Assembly (NCBI GenBank): GCA_001275005.1
Contig: JWZX01003409.1
Coordinates: forward strand, 62,001 to 121,428
Direction: 5' to 3'
DNA from: Chrysochromulina tobinii
Lineage: Eukaryota
Length of the DNA: 59,428 bases
A program made the translations under genes and the position numbers. Each line of letters starts with the position of its first letter. Position 1 is the first letter of the stretch. Of this stretch, positions 44,671 through 54,800 are shown in pieces. The notes below the pieces were generated by a model that saw only the letters and a list, made by a program, of their open reading frames with translations, was not told where the DNA came from and did not search any database.

Positions 44671-47600
44671 ATGCCACCGACAGTGATCAGCCGCGCAAAG
44701 GCCAACGCGGGCAGAGGCGCTCCTGTCGAGTCCTCTTCTGCCGCCGCCATTCCCGACTCGTCGACCGACGCTCTCGAAAAGGTCCGTCAGCAAGCCCGCC
44801 GCCTCGTCGAGCAGCAGCAGCAGCTGCAATGCGCCCTGGCCTATGGCAAGCTGTGTGAGCGTCGGATCTTGCAACTGCAGCCCGACCACGCCCTACCTCT
44901 GACCGCCGAGCACATAAAGCAGCAGCAGGAGGAGCCGCGGCCAAGGCCGGGGCTCCCACCCAAGCCGCAGCCGAGCGGCGGCGGCGGCAGCGAGACAGTG
45001 CCGAGCAGCGAGCTGGACGCCATGCGCGAGCGAGCCGAGCTCGCTGAGGCGGCGTTAGCCCGCGCCAGAGGGAGACTTCCAGCCCGCCGCTCTCCGACAC
45101 GCGCCGCCAACGCGGGCGAGCCGTCCACCAGCGGCGCTGACGGCAGCAGCGGCAGCAGCGGCAGGACTGCCACCGCTGAGGATCAGCTGCAGATCGCGAG
45201 CGTCGAGGCGCTGCGCGAGGCGCTGCGCGCGGCGCGCGAGGAGACGGAACGCCAGCGCAAGGTGGCGGCCACGGCGGCGCGCGAGTCGATGAAAGCGCTC
45301 GAGGAGGCGGCGCGCACGGCGGGAATGCCCAACGGGAGCGCGCAAGTGCTACGAGCGCATGCGGCGAGCGAGCGCACCATCAACGAGCTCAAGGCACGTG
45401 TCGCCGCCGTCGAGAGTGCCGACGCGGCTCTTCGCGAGCAGCTGAGGAGCGCGCATGCGGACGCGCAGCTCGCTGCGGGAGCCCTCAAAGCCGAGCGCGA
45501 AGGGCACCAGGCGACGATGGCGAAGCTGGCGGACGCCGAGGCGGCCGCACGCGAGGCTACGAAGCAAATGGCCGCCGCGGCCAGCGCACGCACGCAGCAC
45601 GAGGTGGAGCGCGCTGCGTTGCTCGAAGCGTACGAGGAGCTCGAGGGCACGGCCCGCAGGGCTGCGAGCAAAGCCGAGCAGACGGAGAGCGCGGCAGCGG
45701 AGGCGGCGACAACGCGCGATCAGGCTGTGGTGGCGCTGAAGCGGGCGGAGGCGGCGCGCGAGGCGGCCGAGAAAGAGGCGGCCGCGCTGCGCCTCGAGAT
45801 GCAGAGTGCTCAGTACAGCGCGGCCACAGAGCTACAGAGTGCTCAGCGCTCGCTAGCCGAAGCCGTTGAGAGGGAGAGGGCGGCCGAGGCGAAGGCGAGC
45901 AAGGCGGCGGCGGCGGCAGCGGCCGTGCTGGAGGCGGCGGACAGTGCAGCGAAGGAGCGGCGCGCCCTCGAGAGCCTGCATGACGAGGCGAGCACCGCGC
46001 TCGAGACGGCGCGTGCCCAGCTCGCGCACGCGCGCAAGCAGGTTCTCGAGGCGGAGGCGGGCGCAGCTGCGGCGAAGGCGAAGGCTGAGGAGGCCATCGC
46101 CGAGGCGCAAGAGCAAGCGAATGCCGCGAAGGCGCAGGCCAAGGCGGCCATCGCCCAAGCGCGGATGGAGGCAGAGGTGGCCATCAGTGAGACGCAGGCG
46201 CAGTACAAGGCGGCGATCGCCGCCGCGCAGGCACCGACCAAGGCGGCGATTGCCGAGGCGCAGGCAGAGGCGAAGGCGGCCATGAACGAGGCGAAGGCGG
46301 AGACGATCAAGGCGCGCTCGGAGACGGCAGAGGCGGCGGCCAAAGCGAGCGCGGCGCGGGCTCAGGCGGAGTCATGGGCGCGGGCGGAGGCAAAGGCAGC
46401 GGTCGAGGCGGCGGATGCAAAGGCAAAGGCGGCTGTCGAGGCGGCGGAGGCGAAGGCGAAGGCGGCTGTCGAGGCGGCGGAGGCGAAGGCGAAGGCGGCT
46501 GTCGAGGCGGCGGAGGCAGCATCCAAGGCGACCAGCGCGCGGGCGCAGGCGGAGGCCAAGGCGGCCATCGAGGCGGCAGAGGCGGCCTCCGCGCGGGCGC
46601 AGGCCGACGCGTTGCGCAGGGCGTCCGAGGAGGCCGAGCGAGCTCTGGCGGCGCTCCGAGCCCAGCTCACTGAAGCGCACGCGCAGGCGGCGGTGGCGGC
46701 CGCGAACGCCGCCGCGAGCGAGAAACGCGCCGAGGCGGCGGAGGCGGCGGCCGTGACCGCGGGCCAGGGCGCGGCTGCCGCGGCCGCGAGCCAGAACGCG
46801 ACGGCGTCGGCGATCGCCTCGGTGGCCGAGACGGAGGCGCGGCTGCGAGCGCGCGCCGAGGCAGCGGAGGGGGCGCTCGCGGCGGCGCAGGCGGAGGCGG
46901 CGAGCGCGCGCGACGAGCAGTCGATTGAGCGCAAGGGTCTCCTCTCGGAGCTGCATGCTCTCCATTTGCAAGCCTCCAAGCTCGACGAACAGGTGCGCCT
47001 TGGGCAGCAAGCGCGGCTCGTTGAGGAACAGAAGCGCCAAGCGGTGCTCGGTGAGCGAGAGGCGGAGCAACGGCAGGCGACGCAGCTTCGTGCGCAGCTC
47101 GACGACTCTCATCGAGTGCTGATGACCAATGATGACCAATGATGACCAATGATGACCACTGATTGCTTCCCTCATCAGGTGCGCAGCTCGACGATCTGCA
47201 GCAGCAGCTCGAGGCAGCGCGCGCCGCCCATGCCGCTGAGCTCGCTGCCGTCGAGATCAAGCTGTCCGCCGAGCGTGCCGACTCGCAACGCTCAGCGATT
47301 GGCGCGGCGGCAGCGCAAGCGGCGCAGCTGCGCGCGGCGGCCGAGATGGCGGCGGCGCAGGCGTCGGAGAGGGCAGCTCGCAAGGAGCTTGATGCCGCCG
47401 CCGAGGCGCGAAAGGCCGCCGTCGAGCGCGCGCTTAGTGAAGCGAAGCGAGAGGCGGCGGAGGCTGCGGCGGCGGCAGTGCGCAAGGCAGTCTCGGACGC
47501 GGAGGTGCTCGCGCAGGCGGCCGAAGCGCGACCCTGATGACGTCTGATTGCCTCGCTCTGATGACGTCTGATTGCCCCCCTCATCAGGTGCTCGCGCAGG

Positions 47601-50600
47601 CGGCCGAGGCGCGACTGCGTCGAGCGAACGCAGAGGCGGAGCGGGCAGCGGAGGAGGCCACCGCGGAGGCAGAGCGCGGTCGTCGCGACGCGGAGGCGCA
47701 GGCGCAGGCAGCCGAGCTGCGACTCGCGAGTGCGCTCGCGTCCGAGGCCGCCGAACGCGAGGCCGCCGACGCGCGCCGCCAGCACGACGCGAAGCGCCTC
47801 GCCGCGGTCGAGCACGAGCTCAGCACGGCGCGAGCCGAGTTGCGCGCGGCGCGTGACGCGGCGATGCAGGCGGAGATGCGCGAGCGGGCGGCGCAGGCGG
47901 AGGCGGAGGGTATGCAGGGTGTGCGACTCAGCCGTCTTCAAGCCGAGCTCGCCGATGCGCTCGCCCTCGCTGACCGGCGGCAGCTGGCGCTCGCGACGGC
48001 CCAGAGCGACGCGGACGAGGCGATCGCGGAGCGGCGGCGCGCGATCGCGGCCAAAGAAGAGTCGGACGAGCGCCTACGTCTGCGAGACGCACGGAGCCAG
48101 CAAGCGCTCGACGAGGCGCTCGGCGCCGCGGAGCATACGAACAAGATGCAGGCGAGCGCGCACGCGGACGAGGTGCAGGCGCTGCACCGGCGGCATGCAG
48201 CCGAGCTCGACGAGGCCAGGGCGGCCATGGAGCGCGCGCTGGCCGCGGCACGCGCCGAGGCGGAGCGGCGCGCAGAGGCGGCCGCGCTCGAGGCCGTCAG
48301 GCAGCGTGGCGACGACTCGCTCGCCGCGATAGAGGAGCTGCGTGCCACGGCCGCGGAGCGATCCCGACTCGCCGAGGAGCGGATGCGTCAGCAAGCGGCC
48401 GACGAACGTACGAAGCTGGTCGAGGCTCATAAGCGCGAGCTCCGGGCGATCCAAGAAGCCGCGGCGCGCCAGCTCGCGAGCGCAGGTGCCGAGGTCCGCA
48501 AGGTCAAGGAGGGCCTTGAGGCGGAACGGCGTGAGGGCGCCGGGCGCGAGGCGAGGGCGGCCGAGCGTGCCGCGGCGCTCACGGCCTCTGAGGTGGAGGT
48601 GCGGGTGGAGCGCCGACGCTCGGGGCTTCTCCACGTTGGTGCCGCGCGCCAACGGGCGAGGCTGAGCGAACTGGGTGCCGAGCATGCAGCCAAACTCGAG
48701 CGCGCGATGGTCGAGGTCGAATCTGCCGGAGCGCTCGCCGAGAACGCCCGACGCGCCGTCGACCGTCGTCTCCTCTCCCTCGGCGGGATGGCGGCAGAGA
48801 CGATCACACCCGCCCGGCCGGCAGCGGGCGGCGAGAGGGGGGCGTCCGGCATGATGTCGCCGTATGTGCCGCACGTGCCGTACATTGAGTCGCCCTCGGC
48901 TGGCGGCGCACTCGCGACCGCGAGGGCGGCGCCGGCGACGCCGGGCGGCGCGGCGATGGCGATGTTCGAGGCGGAGCTGAGCAAGCTTCGTCAAGAGGTC
49001 TATCAGGCAGGCGCGGCGGCGGCGCGAGAGGCGAGTGCGGCGCGCCAAGCGCTCGCTCAGGTGACGGCAGACGTGGAGGCGCGCATCGAGGCGGCGCTGA
49101 GCGCCGCTGCCGCCGAGGCCGAGGCAGAGCTCGCGCGCATGGATGCGGAGGCCGAGGCGCGCTTGGCCACCGCCACCGCGGCGGCGGCGACCGCGGCGGC
49201 CGCGAGGGAGCAGCAGGCCGCGGAGGCACGCTTGAGCGACGAGCGAGCCTACTACGAGGCGGCCGCGCGCGAAAGCGTCGAGGCAGAGGTCGCCGCGGCG
49301 CTCGCTCATGCGCGGCAGGAGCATCGCGCCGAGCTGAGCAACCAGCTGCACGCGGCGCGCGCCGAGGCAGCGCGCGAGGCGGCGCAGGCCGCCCGTCAGG
49401 ACGCTGAGCGCGAGCATCGCGCTGAGCTGAGCATTCAGCTGAACGCCGCGCGCGCCGAGGCAGCGCGCGAGGCGGCGCAGGCGGCGCAGGCCGCCCGTCA
49501 GGACGCTGAGCGCGAGCATCGCGCTGAGCTGAGCATTCAGCTGAACGCCGTGCGTGCCGAGGCAGCGCGCGAGGTGGCGCAGGCGGCACAGGCCGCTCGT
49601 CAGGACGCCGAGCGCGAGTATCGCTCGGCGCGCGCCGAGGCAGCGCGCGAGGCGGCGCAGGCGGCACAGGCCGCCCGTCAGGACGCCGAGCGAGAGCATC
49701 GCGCTGAGCTGAGCATTCAGCTGAACGCCGTGCGCGCCGAGGCAGCGCGCGAGGCGGCGCAGGCGGCACAGGCCGCCCGTCAGGACGCCGAGCGAGAGCA
49801 TCGCGCTGAGCTGAGCATTCAGCTGAACGCCGCGCGCGCCGAGGCAGCGCGCGAGGCGGCGCAGGCCGCCCGATACGACGCCGAGCGCCGTATCGAGCGC
49901 ACGCAGTCGACGCTGGGCGCTGAGGCAGCCTCGAGCAAGGCAGCCGCGGCCGCGAACGCGTCGGGCATGGCGGAGCTGCAGAGCCGGCTGGACAGTGCGC
50001 GCGCGGCCGCCCTTGCCGAACGGAGTGCCCACGCAGCCGCTCTCGAGCAGCTCGAGAGACGAAGCGCGGACGAGCTCGCACGCGCCGTGGCGGCGGCGCG
50101 GGCGGAGGCGCGGGCGGAGGCGGAGGCGGCGGGCGCGGCGGCCGGTGCCGAGGCGCAGGCGGAGGCCGCACGGAGATTGGATCTCGCGGAGGCGGAGGCG
50201 GCTCGGAGATTAAATCTGGCTGAGGCGGAGGCCGCACGGAGATTGGATCTCGCGGAGGCGGAGGCTGCTCGGGCGCGCGCCGAGGCCGCGGCGGCAGAGG
50301 CGCAGGTAGCGCAGGTGCTCAGGGCCGCGGCGGCAGAGGCGGAGGTGGCCAGGTCACGTCAGCAGGAGGCCGCCGACGCAGCCGCTGCGGCGGCCCAGGC
50401 GGAGGTGGCCAGGGCGCATCAGCAGATGAGGGAGCACGCAGCGGCCACGTCAGCCGATGAGCGAGCTCGGCTGGAGTCGAGCGCCGAGTCGAGCGTGAGC
50501 GAGCACGCCGTGGCCGCGGCAACGGCCAAGCTGTCTCATGCGCAGGACCAGCTCGCGAGGGCGCACGCGCATGCGAGCGATCTCGTGCGCGAGCTCACGC

Positions 50601-51580
50601 TCGAGCGGGAGCGCTCTGCGGAGCTCACGCGTCAGCTGCAGCGCTCGGAGCCCGAGAGGCGAGATCGAGATCGGTTCGAGATCGAGAGGCTGCGAGCCGA
50701 GGTGCACTCGGCGCGCACCGAGCTCGAGACGGCGCGTTTCGAGCTCGAGACGGCGCGTCGGGACGCTAGCCAGGCGCGCACCGAGCTCGAGACGGCGCGT
50801 CAGGACGCTAGCCAGGCGCGCACCGAGCTCGAGACGGCGCGCACCGAGCTCGAGACGGCGCGACGGGACGCGAGCCAGGCACGCTGGCATCATGAGTCGC
50901 TTCGCTCGCAGCACGAAGCGCTAGTCGCCTCATCACAGCACGAGGTTCATTCGCTCCTCGCCCAACTCCGATCGGAACGGCAGGCGCGTCTGAAAGCCGA
51001 CGAGGCCCTCGCGGAAGCACGCGTGCATGCGGCGAGCTACACTTCCCTTTCGGTTTCGCCGCAGCCGCCGCAGCCGCCGCAGCCGCCGCAGCCGCCGCAG
51101 CCGCAGCCGCAGCCGCAGCCCGCTTATGTGCCGCCAGCTGCCGCCGCTGGCAGCAGCACCAACGCCACTGCTTCCGCACCCACTCATCCCCCCGCCGCCG
51201 TCGCCGCACCCACCCCCGCTGAGCGCCACAGGGCCGTGCGCACGCCGCAGACGACGCCATACACGGGCGGTTCGCGCTACACGAGCGGCCTGTCGCCGGC
51301 CAGCAGCGCGGCCTTCTCATACGGTCGCGCAGACTCGCCGCCACAAGACTTGGGTGAGCTCGCAGCCTACACGCGGCGCGAGCGCGAAAAGTTCGAGGCG
51401 CTCAACGCGGCGCACCAGCAGCGCATGCAGCAGCTGATGGGCCCTGAGCTGCCGCTCTCGCCCGACGTGGCGCCCAACGCCAACCGGCACAAGCTCGAGG
51501 CTCTGCAGCGCCACTTTGATGAGAGTCGCCAATCGGCGGTGAGCCGCCGGTGGCAGCAGCCGCCGTCGCACGCTCGTTGA
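44671..51580 (+). CDS. Giant Ala/Glu/Arg-rich coiled-coil protein (about 2240 aa); exons 44671-47089, 47179-47504, 47588-51580
   Basis: Three ORFs are joined in frame by two GT-AG introns; the coiled-coil composition is continuous. Confidence 0.8.
47090..47178 (+). mobile_element. Introner-like intron (89 nt)
   Basis: The first 16 nt (GTGCGCAGCTCGACGA) copy the next exon. It contains 4 x GATGACCAAT and ends CTGATTGCTTCCCTCATCAG. Confidence 0.87.
47505..47587 (+). mobile_element. Introner-like intron (83 nt)
   Basis: The first 28 nt copy the next exon (1 mismatch). It contains 2 x CTGATGACGTCTGATTGCC and ends CCCTCATCAG. Confidence 0.88.
49320..49880 (+). repeat. Coding tandem repeat EHRAELSIQLNAARAEAAREAAQAA(QAA)RQDAER, about 6 copies
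   Basis: Near-identical DNA units (gagcatcgcgctgagctgagcattcagctgaacgcc...), with one internally deleted copy. Confidence 0.9.
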
Positions 51581-51869
51581 CATTATATGACGAGGAAGGG
51601 AAGCCAGAGCCAGAACCAGAGGGCCTGCTCCGATGTGAGTTGCCGTCCCGGGATATCAGCGCAGGCCACTGGCGAGGACGAGAGTGAAAGTTAAAGCATA
51701 AGCGCAAGAGGCGCGAAAAACGCTGCGATCCCCGTCTGGGACGTCAACTTACAGAACCGGCTGTAGTACTACCTCGGTTTGTACATGCCAAAACGTACAA
51801 AATCATAACTAAAATGGGACGTATCCGGATACACGGGATGTTCTTCCTCTAGAGTGATTATGGTTTATG

Positions 51870-54800
51870 CTACCCGAGCCGGTTGCCAAGCTTACTTGCG
51901 CCAGCGGGCTTAGATGCCGCACGAGACCCAGGTGCTTGATGAGCAAGATCGTCATCCATTGGAATTGCACCATCGCCCTCATCATCTGCGACGCCTCCGA
52001 GCTCTTCTGACTCAAGGAGCGCATCAGCGACGTTGGTTGTAGGTGCTGAGGGCTTGCGGTTCTTGCTCTTCGCTTTGAGGGGGCTAGCAGTTTGCGAGTC
52101 CATACCGGCGCCATCCTTTGTCGGTGTAGCTGAAGATGGCTCGCGCTTTAGCTGCCGAGGCTTGGTCGCTGAGGTTTTGAACAAGTTCTTCACGGTGTCC
52201 GCCGGTATTGCCTGGGCCTCTTCCTTGTCTTTGACCACGCTGCTTGGCGTACCCTTGACCTTGAGGCCGTCGATTCGCACCTCAACCTGGTACGACCCGG
52301 TTGAGTTGACGGTAAAATGCAAGCTATAGGTGCCGTCCTTGTGGTCAACGACGGTGCACGGCGCACTCGCACCAATCACCTTGACCTCAACCCTCGCTCC
52401 GCCGCTGCTGAGTTTGTTGCCATATCTGTCGACGGCGTGAAGCGTGAGCTCGTAGGGCAGCTTTACGAGCGCCGGCTGGTCAGGCGCGACGATGAAGCTG
52501 TTCTTTCCCGAGGGGGCCGCCGCGTTCACCTTGAATGACACTGGCGAGCCTGCGATGGGAACGCCATTGAGCGCGAAGTGTGCCTCATAACTGCCCTGCA
52601 GGGTGATCGTCTGGTTGCGCACCTCGAACTGTCCAAGTTTGTCTGTCCTCTGTAGAAGAAGCGGCGTCGACCCCTTGGGACCAACCACCCAACCGGTCAG
52701 CTCGGGAGTAACGCTATCTTCGCTCGCCTTTCGGCGCAGAGAAGACGACGAGCTATCGCGCGCGCCAGTGACTTTGCGTCGAGTGAACAGCTCCGGGCTG
52801 CCAAGCCCGCGCGTGGGAGTTGACTCGTTCAGCTGATCGTCCCAACCGGACGCCTGTCCAAACGGGTCTTTGACAAAAGACTTGATGCCGTCCGCAACCT
52901 TGAGCATCGCCTGCATTGCCCGATCGCCGATGCGATCACCATGCTGCGCGAGCATCTCCTTCATGATGACTTCTGCGGCTGACCCTCCTGACAGATTGGA
53001 GTTGCTGGTGCGGTCCACGATGGCACAAGGATTGCCAAACTGATCACGCAATTGCGGCGTGAACTCTATCCTCTCCCCAGCACTGTACTTAAGCTTTTCT
53101 ATGTTGCCGATCAGTGAGCCGCTTGCCGACGGCTGCGCTGCGCTCACGGTGACGCGGAACGGAGAGCCAGGAAGACGCTGACGCTCGCCATCGCCCTCCA
53201 CATCGCACCAGACGTGCAAGTCAAAGTGGCCCGCCTCCTTCCACATGTAGCGGATCTCGTACTCGCCGCCGGGCCGCCACACACCCTGAAAGGGCATGGA
53301 CGGCACCGTGGCAGCCTTGGCGGTAACCACAACCTGCAGCTTGGCGCTGGCTTGTGCCTCAGCCGCGGCCTTGGCAACCTTAGCCACCTCTTCCGCAGCG
53401 GCTTGAACCGCTTTCTTTCTCTCCTCGGCCTCTTCCTTAGACTCCTTGCCACCATCTTTGCCACCTTTCTTTGCTTTCAATTTCTCTATCACGCTTGTCG
53501 CGATCGCCTTCTCCCTCTCCTCCTTCTTCAACTCTGGTATCTCCTTGGAGTCCTCCCGCACATCTTTCTTTGCTAACAGTGCAGCAGCGCCCAGGAGCTT
53601 CTTCAGATTGGGCTTGCCAGCATCTTTGTCCGCAGGAGACTCGCCGGTCGCAGGCGCCATGGGCGCAGGCTCAGAAGCAGCCTTGCCAAGCTGCTTTGAG
53701 GCAGTTTCCATAGCTAGCAGTTCTTTGAGCTTTTCCGCGTGCTCTTTCGCGGCAGCGGCTTTGGTGATGCCATAAATCTCGTCGTTGGTATACTTCGGCT
53801 TAAAATTTACGGGTGCGGCCGTTGCGGCTTCTTCAGCAGTGAGGAGATGGGCCGGGAGGATGACTGCAGCTGGAATGGCACAGAGTCCAAACTTCATCTT
53901 GCCTTTGTCTTGAACAGATCTATCTGGTGTCTGAGTTGGGTTGGAATACCTATCCCTCGACTTGACCCGGAACACCGCCAAGCGTCCAGCGAGCACCCTC
54001 TGCAAGCCTGTACCGGTGCAGGCACATTTACTGACGTCTGGATTGGCCGGGAGCATTGTCAGCTCGACTGGAGAGTTGTAGACTTGCGTGCCTCCGACAG
54101 TGACGTGTAGCTGATACAAACCGCTCGCCTTGGCACTCCAGTTGATACGGTATCGTCCATCCCCAAGATCCGTGGTTGTGCACTCGACGGTCCGTGTCGG
54201 TTCCATGGCATCGAGGGGGTCGCCCCCACTCGCACAAAGATTGCCCACACGGTCAGCTGCGTGGACAACGAGACTACCCGTCTCTCCCACAACCGTTCTG
54301 AGCGGCAGCGCCTCAGTGGGTAAGCGTGTGGAGAGGGCATGCGCATGACCAGGCAGCACCTTGAGCGCAAAGGGCGATCCTGGCAAAGGAAGGCCCGAGC
54401 TGCGCAGCCCAACGTGCAGGTAGTAGCAACCAGCCCGTCCTATGGAAAAACTGACGGTGTGCGTCTCCCACAGCTTGCCATGCGCATGGATCGTCCCTGG
54501 GTAGATCCCACCGTACGCAAATCCGTTTGGTCTGCTTCGCGGCGAAACGTTGGCCTCGCTCGCGATCTCGCTGGCAAAGCTGGGTCCAGCAGCCGCGGCA
54601 TGAATGGCCGCCTGCGCCTCTGCATCGCCTTCTTGTGCCCGAGCACCAAGCATCTGCACCGCATGAGCCTCCGCCTTGATGCGCGACTGCTCGTCTGCGA
54701 GCTGCTTAGCCCACAGCCGCAGGTGGCGTTGGCGCTCAGCACCGTCCAGCTTGGCCCCCTCCTTCTTGGACGCATCCTTTCTTGACGCGGCTGCCTCTTG

